A stretch of 64,000 bases of DNA, from positions 9,114,001-9,178,000 of the forward strand of contig OZ024756.1 in the NCBI GenBank assembly GCA_964016885.1. The letters run 5' to 3'. The DNA comes from Eledone cirrhosa (Eukaryota). The position numbers and the translations under genes were made by a program. This document shows positions 12,113-27,399 of the stretch, piece by piece; position 1 is the stretch's first letter; each line of letters opens with the position of its first letter. The notes beneath the pieces are model-generated. The model did no database searches. It was given only the letters and a program-made list of their open reading frames with translations, and was not told where the DNA came from.

Positions 12113-12624
12113 CTAGCAGTGGTATCCGGCGTTGCACGGGATAAGGTATTGTGAAATATATAACCGCCTTAGCTAAGCTTAGTATTGCCACAACCATGGC
12201 TGGCAAAGAAGTAAGGGTCTGGTGGTATGTAAGTAAGCAACACTGTGGCTTAAAACGTGAGGAAGAAGTTGTGTGCACTAACCAACAGTTTGGGGAATGA
12301 GTGTGAGATTTGTCTTGAGCAAGGGTGGCAGAATAACCGGAGACAGCTAGACATACAGACAGATATTATAAGGGCGTGAAGTTATATGTATGTATCTATC
12401 TAAAAAAGAGAAAGACTAAAAATTATAGAGAGAGATCGCTAAATCGCCTAATGCGGTCCCTAGGGCATTGAAAATTTGAAAATTCTTTTGCTCAGAATAC
12501 TCCCTGAAACATAAGTATTACATGTGTAAAGTTTGAAAACAGTCGGTTGGGTGTTTCTCTAGTTTTAGGGATTCAAACTCACACTCACACAGACAGACAT
12601 CCTCAGTTTTATATATATAGAAGA
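12113..12624 (-). mobile_element. Non-autonomous Helitron, 512 bp
   Basis: Minus strand reads A|TCTTCTATATATATAAAA ... CCCGTGCAACGCCGG hairpin ... CTAG|T; no TSD. Confidence 0.85.
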
Positions 12625-12799
12625 TGTGTATGTGTAAATAAGCAAACAGGGCCGTTAAATACATAAATCTGAACGTAGCAACACCTAGAACAAACACAAA
12701 GCAATCACTGAATGTCCCTGTATGTATGTTTGTAAGTATGTATATATATATATGTTCTTCATACACAAAATATTTTGGGGTGCCATGATATGCAAACAA

Positions 12800-12841
<42 letters not shown>

Positions 12842-13029
12842 CGTACACACAATTATATTTTGGGTGCCACAGTTATGCAAATATACAAACTAACTTGATT
12901 TAATAAATGGCAGTGTTTAAAGCAATTTAATGCGGCCACCATCACACAAATGGTATAATTCTAATATTTCAACATTCGGGTTAATATTCTCCGTAGACAT
13001 AAACAAGCTTTTTAGACCATCTCTCTCTC

Positions 13030-13798
13030 TAGGGTGAAGTGATGGGTTAGTTAGAAAGATGACGATGTCTGATACAGGCACGCCTGAAACACTTTCCTCT
13101 ATGGTAGAGTGATGGGTTAGTTGATGTCGGAGACACAAGGACCAGAAACTTTCCTCTGGGGTAGAGTGATGGGTTAGTTGATGTCGGAGACACAGGGACC
13201 AGAAACTTTCCTCTGGGGTAGAGTGGTGGTAGTTGATGTCTGAGACACAAGCACCAGAAACTTTCCTCTGGGGTAGAGTGGTGGTAGTTGATGTCTGAGA
13301 CACAAGGACCAGAAACTTTCCTCTGGGGTAGAGTGGTGGTTGTTGATGTCTGAGACACAAGGACCAGAAACTTTCCTCTGGGGTAGAGTGATGGGTTAGT
13401 TGATGTCGGAGACACAAGGACCAGAAACTTTCCTCTGGGGTAGAGTGATGGGTTAGTTGATGTCTGAGACACAGGGACCAGAAACTTTCCTCTGGGGTAG
13501 AGTGATGGGTTAGTTGATGTCGGAGACACAAGGACCAGAAACTTTCCTCTGGGGTAGAGTGATGGGTTAGTTGATGTCTGAGACACAGGGACCAGAAACT
13601 TTCCTCTGGGGTAGAGTGATGGGTTAGTTGATGTCGGAGACACAAGGACCAGAAACTTTCCTCTGGGGTAGAGTGATGGGTTAGTTGATGTCGGAGACAC
13701 AAGGACCAGAAACTTTCCTCTGGGGTAGAGTGATGGGTTAGTTGATGTCGGAGACACAAGGACCAGAAACTTTCCTCTGGGGTAGAGTGATGGGTTAG
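13030..13798. repeat. 57-bp (54-bp variant) tandem array, ~13 copies
   Basis: Unit GGGGTAGAGTGATGGGTTAGTTGATGTCGGAGACACAAGGACCAGAAACTTTCCTCT; 19-aa period in ORF track. Confidence 0.95.
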
Positions 13799-13804
13799 CT
13801 AGAT

Positions 13805-14068
13805 CAGAGGTTCTCAAACCTTTTGAGCCACCCCCTCAACCACCCTCAGTGCCCCCACTCCTATTTCCAGAGAGACCTACCCACACGCAAATTGTAAATA
13901 ATATACAATAAATAAAATCGTTCATTTATATATAATAAATAATATAATATATACTATGTATAAATAAATAATTACATATTTTAAATTTTACTATATTTAT
14001 ATATATGTATCATTTAATATTTAATATACTATTATATCATCTCTACTACCCCCACCACCGAACCTCTG
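13805..14068 (+). mobile_element. hAT-like MITE
   Basis: CAGAGGTTC...GAACCTCTG termini; AT-rich interior recurs at ~40170-40270. Confidence 0.6.
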
Positions 14069-14436
14069 CTTCAGGGTGGAGTCATGGGTTAGATGTCTGA
14101 CACTAGAAATACTTTTGATGGCGAAGGGTATGTATGTGTGTGTATGTATATGTTAGTGTGTCTATGTATGTGTGTGCGTGTATATGTTTTAGTGTGTATG
14201 TATGAATGTATGTATGTATGTGTATAGTCAACGGAATCAACTCCAGCAGTCGTTGTTTAGTATATTTTCATTTAATCAACCCACGACGAAAAACAAAAGA
14301 AAAAAAATATTGAAACTCGATCCCAAGAGGGATTAACGGCCTAACTAAATACCGCAAGGTATCATATCTGTTGCTCTACCGAACCTACAAATCACAGACC
14401 TGCTTGCCTTAATAACTACAACTCATATAACCTTTA

Positions 14437-14870
14437 CAGAGGTAACCTTTGCCTTTCATACTTGCGGGGTCGATAAAATAAAGTACCAGTAATGTACTGG
14501 ATTATTGCTGGCCTTGTGTCAAAAGTAGAAACAATTATTATTATTATTATTATTGTTATTGGTGGTTTGGCAGAGTCGGTAGAGCGCCAGACACCATGAT
14601 TTTCAGCATAGAGTTATGACCCTTTACGTTCAAATCCCGCCGAGGTTAACTTTGCCTTCCATCCTTACGGGGTCGATAAAATAAAGTACCAGTAATGCTC
14701 TGGGGTAATTTCTGGCCTTGTGCCAAAAGTAGAAACAATTATTCGCCTTTACATTGCAATTTTAATTTAAATACCATCAGGGTTTAACTTTGCCCCTTAC
14801 CCATCCAGGGTCGATATAAAGTATTAATGAAGTTCTGAGATTGAACTCTAATCGATTAACCCTCTCCCAC
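14437..14870 (+). mobile_element. Cluster of family B SINE copies (full copy ~14566-14742)
   Basis: Three successive GCCTT.CATCC..GGGGTCGATA cores. Confidence 0.8.
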
Positions 14871-15206
14871 CGTCTATAGTAAATATTTCCTGTGGTATTC
14901 AGTAATTTATATCAAAACCAAAGCAACGATGTTGTTTTGTTTCTAGTTCACCATAGATGACTGAAGATGTGATACACATATAGTGTATATATATATATAT
15001 AGAGAGAGAGAGATGTGTATATATCAATACACACACACACACATATATATGTGTGTATCTATATATATACACATATATAAATATATAAAAATAAAAATTG
15101 GAATTTTATTCCTCGCCTTAGCACAGCTGATACATAAAAGTATGTATGCATACGTACACACACACATATATATACACACACACACATATATATATATATG
15201 TGTGTA

Positions 15207-15403
15207 TCATCATCATCATCATCAGGTTTAGCGTCCGTGTTCCACGCTTGCATGGGTTTGGACGGGGGGTTTTCCCACTTGAGGCAAGAGTGGTTGTCTT
15301 GCTCGCATAGGACTGTCTGGCGGGTTTTCTACAGTTGGATGCCCTTCCTAACACCAACCACATTTACAGTGTGGGGCTGGGAGGTTTTTACCGTGTTGCC
15401 TAC
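15207..15403 (-). mobile_element. RTE 3' UTR fragment
   Basis: Near-identical to 42172-42368; (GAT)n tail. Confidence 0.85.
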
Positions 15404-15668
15404 ACATATATAGATATATAAAAATAAAAATTGGAATTTTATTCCTCGCCTTAGCACAGCTGATACATAAAAGTATGTATGCATACGTACACACACACAT
15501 ATATATACACACACACACACACATATACATGTACGTATGGGTTATATAGAATATTAATATATATATATGGCTTCTATATTAAATTTTGTATATACTCTAC
15601 TAATGTATTGAGTACCTTATTCACTGTGGTTACCGCGATTGAACCTGGGACTCGTGTGTGTGTGGCTC

Positions 15669-15715
<47 letters not shown>

Positions 15716-15788
15716 AGAAAGTATGATCCCGACGGCAGAGCTCAAGCCGTTTCGACGGCTCCATCTGGTTCCTTACCACAACTCCTTC

Positions 15789-15857
<69 letters not shown>

Positions 15858-16224
15858 TGCAAGCAGGGAAAAGTGGACGTAAAATGAAATGATGAAATGA
15901 TGATGATGATATATATATTTACATACATATACACTCACATACACATATAGACAATAATTAAAACGTAAAACAAACATTGATAGTACATTTGTATGATTTA
16001 GAATGTTCGAATGAATAAAAATAAATTCTTATATAATACATATATTTATAATGTAATGTATGTATATGTGTATATATATATGTGTGTGTGTGTATATATA
16101 TATGTTCTAATACTAATACTACCATGACGATTGACAGGATGAAGTCGACCATCTTTAAACAATGTCACAATTGTTTTATTTTCTCAGTTATTTTTTTAGG
16201 TGAAATGAAAAAACTGGGTACTAT

Positions 16225-19200
16225 TACCAGGAGATATAACACACCAGGTACTATATAACACACTAGGTACTATATAATACACCAGGTACTATATAATACA
16301 TTAGGTACTATATAATACACTAGGTACTATATAACACACACCAGGTACTATATAATACACCAGGAGATATAACACACCAGGTACTATATAATACACTAGG
16401 TACTATATAACACACTAGGTACTATATAACACACACCAGGTACTATATAACACACTAGGTACTATATAACACACTAGGTACTATATAATACACCAGGTAC
16501 TATATAACACACACTAGGTACTATATAACACACACCAGGTACTATATAACACACTAGGTACTATATAACACACTAGGTACTATATAATACACACCAGGTA
16601 CTATATAACACACTAGGTACTATATAACACACCAGGTACTATATAATACACTAGGTACTATATAACACACACCAGGTACTATATAACACACTAGGTACTA
16701 TATAATACACACCAGGTACTATATAACACACCAGGTACTATATAACACACCAGGTACTATATAACACACTAGGTACTATATAACACACTAGGTACTATAT
16801 AATACACACCAGGTACTATATAACACACCAGGTACTATATAACACACTAGGTACTATATAACACACCAGGTACTATATAACACACCAGGTACTATATAAC
16901 ACACTAGGTACTATATAACACACTAGGTACTATATAATACACCAGGTACTATATAACACACACCAGGTACTATATAACACACTAGGTACTATATAACACA
17001 CTAGGTACTATATAACACACTAGGTACTATATAACACACACTAGGTACTATATAACACACCAGGTACTATATAATACACTAGGTACTATATAACACACTA
17101 GGTACTATATAACACACTAGGTACTATATAACACACACCAGGTACTATATAACACACCAGGTACTATATAACACACTAGGTACTATATAACACACTAGGT
17201 ACTATATAACACACACTAGGTACTATATAACACACTAGGTACTATATAACACACTAGGTACTATATAACACACTAGGTACTATATAACACACACTAGGTA
17301 CTATATAACACACTAGGTACTATATAACACACACTAGGTACTATATAACACACTAGGTACTATATAACACACACTAGGTACTATATAACACACTAGGTAC
17401 TATATAACACACACTAGGTACTATATAACACACTAGATACTATATAACACACTAGATACTATATAACACACACTAGGTACTATATAACACACCAGGTACT
17501 ATATAATACACTAGGTACTATATAACACACTAGGTACTATATAACACACTAGGTACTATATAACACACACTAGGTACTATATAACACACTAGGTACTATA
17601 TAACACACTAGGTACTATATAACACACACCAGGTACTATATAATACACCAGGTACTATATAATACACCAGGTACTATATAACACACCAGGTACTATATAA
17701 CACACTAGGTACTATATAACACACACCAGGTACTATATAACACACCAGGTACTATATAACACACACACCAGGTACTATATAATACACTAGGTACTATATA
17801 ACACACTAGGTACTATATAACACACACCAGGTACTATATAATACACCAGGTACTATATAATACACCAGGTACTATATAACACACACCAGGTACTATATAA
17901 TACACACCAGGTACTATATAACACACTAGGTACTATATAACACACACCAGGTACTATATAACACACTAGGTACTATATAACACACCAGGTACTATATAAC
18001 ACACACCAGGTACTATATAATACACCAGGTACTATATAACACACACCAGGTACTATATAATACACACCAGGTACTATATAACACACTAGGTACTATATAA
18101 CACACTAGGTACTATATAACACACTAGGTACTATATAACACACTAGGTACTATATAACACACCAGGTACTATATAACACACACCAGGTACTATATAACAC
18201 ACTAGGTACTATATAACACACTAGGCACTATATAACACACACCAGGTACTATATAACACACTAGGTACTATATAACACACTAGGTACTATATAACACACC
18301 AGGTACTATATAACACACTAGGTACTATATAACACACACCAGGTACTATATAACATACCAGGTACTATATAACACACACCAGGTTCTATATAACACACCA
18401 GATACTATATAACACACACCAGATACTATATAACACACACCAGATACTATATAACACACACCAGGTACTATATAACACACATCAGGTACTATATAACACA
18501 CCAGGTACTATATAACACACACTAGGTACTATATAACACACCAGGTACTATATAACACACCAGGTACTATATAACACACACTAGGTACTATATAACACAC
18601 CAAGTACTATATAACACACCAGGTACTATATAACACACTAGGTACTATATAACACACTAGGTACTATATAACACACCAGGTCTTATATAACATACCAGGT
18701 ACTATATAACACACCAGGTACTATATAACACACACTAGGTACTATATAACACACCAGGTACTATATAACACACCAGGTACTATATAATACACCAGGTACT
18801 ATATAATACACCAGGTACTATATAATACACCAGGTACTATATAATACACCAGGTACTATATAACACACCAGGTACTATATAACACACTAGGTACTATACA
18901 ACACACTAGGTACTATATAACACACCAGGTACTATATAACACATCAGATACTATATAACACACACCAGGTACTATAAACACACACCAGGTACTATATAAC
19001 ACACACCAGGTACTATATAACATACACCAGGTACTATATAACACACCAGGTACTATATAACACACACCAGGTACTATATAACATACCAGGTTCTATATAA
19101 CACACACCAGGTACTATATAACACACCCCAGGTTCTATATAACACACCAGGTACTATATAACACACCAGGTACTATATAACACACCAGGTTCTATGTAAC

Positions 19201-20057
19201 ACACACCAGGTTCTATATAACATACCAGGTTCTATATAACACACACCAGGTACTATATAACACACACCAGGTTCTATGTAACACACACCAGGTACTATAT
19301 AACACACCAGATACTATATAACACACACCAGGTACTATATAACACACACCAGGTACTATATAACACACACCAGGTACTATATAACACATACCAGGTACTA
19401 TATAACACATACCAGGTACTATATAACACACCAGATACTATATAACACACACCAGGTACTATATAACACACACCAGGTACTATATAACACACACCAGGTA
19501 CTATATAACACACACCAGGTACTATATAACACACCAGGTACTATATAACACACACCAGGTTCTATATAACACACCAGGTTCTATATAACACACATCAGGT
19601 TCTCTATAACACACCAGGTTCTCTATAACACACACCAGGTACTATATAACACACCAGGTAATATATAACACACACCAGGTACTATATAACACGCACCAGG
19701 TACTATATAACACACACCAGGTACTATATAACACACACCAGATACTATATAACACACACCAGGTACTATATAACACACACCAGGTAATATATAACACACC
19801 AGGTACTATATAACACACCAGGTACTATATAACACACCAGGTACTATATAACACACCAGGTTCTATATAACACACCAGGTTCTATATAACACACCAGATA
19901 CTATATAACACACATCAGGTTCTCTATAACACACCAGGTTCTATATAACACACACCAGGTACTATATAACACACCAGGTTCTATATAACACACATCAGGT
20001 TCTCTATAACACACCAGGTACTATATAACACACCAGGTACTATATAACACACTCTAG
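16225..20057. repeat. 19/21-bp minisatellite, ~3.8 kb
   Basis: Unit AGGTACTATATAACACAC(AC)C/T. Confidence 0.97.
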
Positions 20058-20371
20058 CTATTACATTCCTCCCGTTTTTTATAATATTTATATCAAGACA
20101 ATTTCTAAACGAACGTAAATATATTATTGTTGGGTCATCGAAGTAAATATATATATATATGTATATATATATATACATACACACACACATATATATACAT
20201 ACACATACATATATAGACACACACACACACATATATATACATACACATACATATATACAGACACATATACACACACATATATATATACATATATATGTAT
20301 ATACATACATACATACACACACACACACATATGTACACATATATACACACACACATGTACATATATATATA

Positions 20372-21611
20372 TATGTTGTTTACCTTGACTTTGCGAAAGC
20401 TTTCAATTCTGTGCCACACAAAAGGCTTATGGCAAAACTCTCTGCAAAAGGTGTGAAGGATGATCTTTTTAACTGGTTGAAGTCCTTCATTCTCAGTCGA
20501 AGAGAGATAGTCACGGTTCTGGGACAGCATTCCTCACCATATGAGATGTTATCTGGTGTACCACAGGGATCTGTTCTTGGCCCCCTTTTGTTTGTGGCAT
20601 ATATTAATGACATAGATGCCAACTTAAAGAATGCCACAGTACTAAAGTACGCAGATGACATCAAGCTGTACCTTGAGATAAAAAGGACAGATCCTGAATG
20701 CTATAGATCTTGCTTGCAATCTGACCTGGAGACAATGCAACAATGTATCTCAGACTGGCAACTCAAGCTAGCTGTGGACAAGTGCACCACCATGCATTTT
20801 GGGAGTAAAAACCCAGCGTCCACAGCACTAATATCAAGAAGTCTTCTTGTGAACATGACCTGGGCATTACGGTCAGCAGCGATTTGCGTTGGACGAAGCA
20901 CGTCTCTAAAATTGTCAAGAGGGCCGAGGGTGTCTTACCATCACTCAGCAAGACCTTTGTCAGCCGTTCTCCAGCTATCTATTTATGGCTGTACATGGCT
21001 ATGGTGCGGCCACACTTAGAATTTGCATCACCAGTCTGGAACCTCTATCTTGCTCAGAACATTGGCCGCCTGGAAACTGTTCAGAGACGTGCAACCAAGC
21101 GAATACCCTCCATCAGCCATCTACCATACACTGAGTGCCATGCTTCCCTGGGCATGGATACATTGAAGCTCCGACGCCTGGCAACTGACTTGGTAAACAC
21201 CCACAAAATTATTAACCATCTTGCCAACAACAACCCTGAGTACCTTTTTGACTTCCACATGTCTAACACACGTGGGCATGCCTACAAAGTCAGGAAACAG
21301 CACAGTTCCCATGATTTTTGGGAACATTTTTTCACGCTCAGAGTTGCTGAAACATGGAACTAACTACCTGCCTCAGTTGTTAGCTGTTGAGATCGAGACA
21401 CTGCATCCTTTAAGGCCTCCATGATTCCCAAGATTCGCCAACACTACAGCTAATGTTCCCCCTCCATACACATACACACATGTATATCATGACTCATACA
21501 CTATTCACTTCCCTGACATTTGTATATTATTCTATGTACTATACATACACCTTTGACAAGTTGTAGTGCACCTGAGCACTGTACACAATAATTTCATTAT
21601 TATTATTATTA
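20372..21611 (+). mobile_element. 5'-truncated CR1/L2-group LINE (RT domain, frameshifted)
   Basis: YLDFAKAFNSVPH, SGVPQGSVLGPLLF, YADDIKLY, RPHLEFASPVW, LETVQRRATK, TRGH motifs; (ATT)n tail. Confidence 0.93.
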
Positions 21612-22247
21612 TACACACGTACATATATATACACACACACACACACATATGTACATATATATACACACACATGTACACACATATATATATATACACACAC
21701 ATATGTACACACATATATATATATATATATATACACACACATATGTACACACATATATATATATACACACATATGTACACACATATATATATATATACAC
21801 ACACATATATATATATACACACACATGTACACACATATATATATATATACACACACATATATATATATACACACACATGTACACACACATATATATATAT
21901 ACACACACACATATGTACACACACATATATATATACACACACATATGTACACACACATATATATATACACACATATGTACACACACATATATATATATAT
22001 ACACACACATATGTACACACACATATATATATACACACACATATGTACACACACATATATATATATATATATATACACACATATGTACACACACATATAT
22101 ATATATACATATACACACATATGTACACACACATATATATATACCACACATATGTACACACACATATATATTTATACACACACACATATGTACACACACA
22201 TATATATATACACACACATGTACACACATATATATATATATATACAC

Positions 22248-22278
<31 letters not shown>

Positions 22279-22628
22279 TGTACACATATATATATATATA
22301 TACACACATATATATATATATATATACACACACACATATGTACACACACATATATATATATATACCACACATATGTACACACATATATATACACACACAC
22401 ATATGTACACACATATATATATATATATATACCACACATATGTACACACATATATATATATATACACACACATATATGTACACACATATATATATATATA
22501 TATACACACACATATGTACACATATATATATATATATACACACACATATGTACACACACATATATATATATATATATACCACACATATGTACACACATAT
22601 ATATATATATACACACACACATGTACAC

Positions 22629-22698
<70 letters not shown>
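21612..22698. repeat. Compound (TA)/(CA) microsatellite
   Basis: ATGTAC(AC)n(AT)n units, terminal (CA)n. Confidence 0.95.
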
Positions 22699-22700
<2 letters not shown>

Positions 22701-22759
22701 ATATATTGTTGTAAAAATATATTTTCATTCTAAACGAATTGTGAACAATTTGCAAAAGT

Positions 22760-23045
22760 CAAATGATGAAAATAATAATTTTTACCAAATCTTTCCCAGA
22801 TTTATAAAAGATTCGAGTTTAATATTCTATATTTATTTTCCTAATTTGGCTTCCTTCCCTAGTCGAGATTTAACAAATATCATCATAGTTATATATAACT
22901 GTGATGATATTTGTTAAATCTCGACTAGGGAAGGAGGCCAAATTATTAGCAATAGAACTGTTAGGAAAATAAATATAGAATATTAAACTCGAATCTTTTA
23001 TTAATCTGGGAAAGATTTGGTAAAAATTATTATTTTCATCATTTG
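22760..23045. repeat. Spacerless ~285-bp palindrome (foldback element)
   Basis: Arms reverse complementary about AGTTATATATAACT (22887-22900), few mismatches and one ~18-nt indel. Confidence 0.92.
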
Positions 23046-23449
23046 CCTTTCTTCAGCCTTAGAGAGTCGATACAATAAAGTACCAGGAATATACTGGGAT
23101 CGATTTAATTGACATTCCCTTCCCCTAAAACTGTTGCCCTTGTGTCTTTTTCTATTGTCCCCTGTAGGTCTTTGTGGCCAATAAAGAAAGAATTATTACA
23201 CCCGTCTCTCTCAAATGTGTGTTAAGGAGTCCTATGGTAGAGGAACCAGAGGAAACCAGTCATTTACGACAGTTTTTGAAGGACATATTCCTTCGAAACA
23301 TAGAAATTATAAGGGAAAAAACCCCTAAATTTCACCTCAAAATGTTTCTAACCAAAATCTAACCTTAATTTTTTTCTTTAAAAAAAAATAGAAAAAAAAT
23401 TCATTAAACCTATCTCAGAGACGGTCGTAATAATAATAATAAAGAATTA

Positions 23450-24926
23450 CTAGATAGATAGATAGATATATAGATAGATATATATGTAGATAGATAGATA
23501 GATATGTAGATATGTAGATATGTAGATATGTAGATATGTAGATAGATAGATATGTAGATATGTAGATAGATAGATATGTAGGTAGATATGAATTGACATA
23601 TATGTAGATAGATGGATATGGATTAATAGACATATGGATTGATAGATAGATATATGTGTAGATAGATAGATATGTTTCTTTATTAGCCACAGGGGCACAA
23701 AATAAGGGGACAAATACAAATATGTGTAGATAGATAGATAGATAGACATATGTGTAGATAGATAGATAGATAGACATATGTGTAGATAGATAGATAGATA
23801 GACATATGTGTAGATAGATAGATAGATATGGATTGATAGATAAGTAGATAGATAGATGTGAAGATAGATAGACAGATAAACAGTCTGGGAGGAAGAGAGG
23901 GGTAGGTAGATGGATAGATAGTCTGGGAGGGAGAGAGAGGTAGATAGTCTGGGAGGGAGAGAGAGGTAGATAAATAGGTAGATAGTCTGGGAGGGAGAGG
24001 GAGGGAGATAAATAGGTAGATGGATAGATAGATAGATAGTCTGGGAGGGAGGGAGAGGGAGGTAGATAAATAGGTAGATAGATAGATAGATAGATAGTCT
24101 GGGAGAGAGAGAGAGGTAGGTAAATAGGTAGATGGATATATAGTCTGGGAGGGAGGGAGAGGGAGGTAGATAAATAGGTAGATGGATAGATAGTCTGGGA
24201 GGGAGAGGGAGGTAGATAAATAGGTAGATGGATATATAGTCTGGGAGGGAGAGAGAGGTAGATAGATAGTCTAGGAGGGACAAGAGAGGCAGATATAGAT
24301 AGATAGATAGATAGTCTGAGAGGGAGAGAGAGAGGGGTAGATAAATAGGTAGATAGATAGATAGTCTGAGAGGGAGAGAGAGAGGGGTAGATAAATAGGT
24401 AGATAGATAGATAGGGAGAGAGAGAGGGGTAGATAAATAGGTAGATAGATAGATAGTCTGAGAGGGAGAGAGAGAGGGGTAGATAAATAGGTAGATAGAT
24501 AGATAGTCTGGGAGGGAGAGGGAGGTAGATAAATAGGTAGATAGATAGATAGTCTGGGAGGGAGAGGGAGGTAGATAGATAGTCTAGGAGGGACAAGAGA
24601 GGCAGATATAGATAGATAGATAGATAGATAGTCTGAGAGGGAGAGAGAGAGGGGTAGATAAATAGGTAGATAGATAGATAGTCTGAGAGGGAGAGAGAGA
24701 GGGGTAGATAAATAGGTAGATAGATAGATAGATAGATAGTCTGGGAGAGAGAGAGAGAGGTAGGTAAATAGGTAGATGGATAGATAGATAGTCTGGGAGG
24801 GAGAGAGAGGGGGTAGATAAATAGGTAGATAGATAGATAGTCTGGGAGGGAGAGAGAGGTAGATAGATAGTCTAGGAGGGACAAGAGAGGTAGATATAGA
24901 TAGATAGATATATAGATAGATAGTCT

Positions 24927-24994
<68 letters not shown>

Positions 24995-25020
24995 GATAAA
25001 TAAGTAGATAGATAGATATG
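23450..25020. repeat. (GATA)n-based purine-rich compound repeat with (GA)n
   Basis: GATA runs and AGTCTGGGAGGGAGAGAGAGGTAGAT units. Confidence 0.93.
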
Positions 25021-25264
25021 TTTATTTTCTTTAAAGGAGACAAGAAAAAGAGGAAGAAATAAAGAGAAGTCTTTTAAAATGGATTTATTTCTTAAGTATT
25101 AGCATTGAAAAGTAGAGAGGACGACATTGAAGCTGGCCTCCAGTAAAACTGACTTGGGTTGTTTCGAACAATTATATTTCAAATATTTTTATATATTTAG
25201 AGAAATAACTCCATAATAATATAAACATTGGACTTATATGTTTTGGTAAAGATAACAAGGAATA

Positions 25265-25305
<41 letters not shown>

Positions 25306-25535
25306 CGTGTTTATATATATATATGCGTGTGTGTGGGTATGTATATATGTGTGTGTGTATGCGTGTTTATATATATATATATATATATATATGCGTGTGT
25401 GCGTATGTATATATGTGTGTGTGTGTGTGTATGTATATGTGTGTGTGTGTGTGTGAGTGTATGCGTGTTTATATATATATATATATATATATATATGCGT
25501 GTGTGCGTATGTATATATGTGTGTGTGTGCATATG

Positions 25536-25568
<33 letters not shown>

Positions 25569-26840
25569 AAGTATATATATGATGCGTATATATACACATC
25601 TATGTATATATATATACACATCTATGTATATATATACACATCTATATATATATATATACACACATCTATATATATATATACACACATCTATATATATATA
25701 TATACACATCTATGTATATATACACATCTATGTATATATATATACACATCTATGTGTATATATACACATCTATGTATATATATACACATCTATGTATATA
25801 TATATACACATCTATGTATATATATATACACATCTATGTATATATATATACACATCTATGTATATATATATACATATCTATGTATATATATACACATCTA
25901 TGTATATATACACACATCTATGTATATATATATATACACATCTATGTATATATACACATCTATATATATATATATATATACACATCTCTATATATATATA
26001 TACACATCTATGTATATATATACACATCTATATATATATATACACATCTATATATATATATACACATCTATGTATATATATACACATCTATGTATATATA
26101 TACACATCTATGTATATATATATATACACATCTATGTATATATATATATACACATCTATGTATATATATATAAACACATCTATGTATATATATATAAACA
26201 CATCTATGTATATATATATATACACATCTATGTATATATATATATACACATCTATGTATATATATATATACACATCTATGTATATATATATATACACATC
26301 TATGTATATATATATATACACATCTATGTATATATATATATACACATCTATGTATATATATATATACACATCTATGTATATATATATATACACATCTATG
26401 TATATATATATACATCTATGTATATATACACATCTATATATATATATATACACATCTATATATATATATACACATCTATGTATATATATATATACACATC
26501 TATATATATATATACACATCTATGTATATATATATATACACATCTATATATATATATACACATCTATGTATATATATATATACACATCTATGTATATATA
26601 TACACATCTATGTATATATACACACATCTATGTATATATACACATCTATGTATACATACACATCTATGTATACATACACATCTATGTATACATACACATC
26701 TATGTATATATATACACATCTATGTATATATATACACATCTATGTATATATATATATACACATCTATGTATATATATACACATCTATGTATATATATACA
26801 CATCTATGTATATATACACATCTATGTATATATACACATC

Positions 26841-26937
<97 letters not shown>

Positions 26938-27055
26938 GAAATATATATATATAAAGAGAGAGAGAGAATATATATATATATATAAAGAGAGAGAGAGAGA
27001 ATATATATATATATATATAAAGAGAGAGAGAGAGAGAGAGTAAGAGAGAGAGAGT
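25265..27055. repeat. (TG)/(TA) microsatellite and ACACATCTATG(TA)n array
   Basis: Direct inspection. Confidence 0.93.
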
Positions 27056-27083
27056 AAGAGTAAGTGAGTAAGTGAGAACTAAC

Positions 27084-27302
27084 CTGGTAGCATACACGGG
27101 GAAGATCGAGACAGACTGCACAGCAAAGGATACCGCAGAGTCTTTCTTCCAATTTATATTGTTGATTCCCTTCGATTTGATTACCACAATCAACTTTAGC
27201 TTTTTTCTTGATTGGTTCGAAGTTCTCACTGTTGTTTTCTTTATTGCTGTCGTCCTCTTGCAGACTCTCAGTCTGGATTCGAGGTGGACTCCCTTCAGAC
27301 AT
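27084..27302 (-). CDS. CYHR1: CYHR1/ZFTRAF1 first coding exon (N-terminus and start of RING finger)
   Basis: ATG at 27302; 73 codons MSEGSPP...KLEERLCGILCCAVCLDLPRVCYQ, matching the CYHR1 motif KLEERL..LCC.VCLDLP; ends at CAG|GTTAGT phase-0 donor. Confidence 0.92.
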
Positions 27303-27399
27303 TCTCTTTGTTTATAAAAATATTTAAAAAAAGTGAAACGTCTCCGTCTCTTCTCTATCTCTCTCTCTCTTCCTTCCCCCCTCTTATACACTTCTTACT

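Larger units (their letters stand above)
2216..27083 (-). other. CYHR1 intron, 24,868 bp, GT-AG
   Basis: Bounded by the two exons above; filled with TEs and tandem repeats. Confidence 0.88.

Noticed and set aside
15620-15670. tRNA gene (minus-strand GGTTCAATC B box)
   Set aside because: No complete cloverleaf; fragment only. SINE heads elsewhere were likewise not called tRNAs.
22745-23060. Minus-strand CTGAAGA next to the palindrome as a hammerhead with giant helix II
   Set aside because: The far side reads GCAAA rather than GAAA and helix I cannot form.
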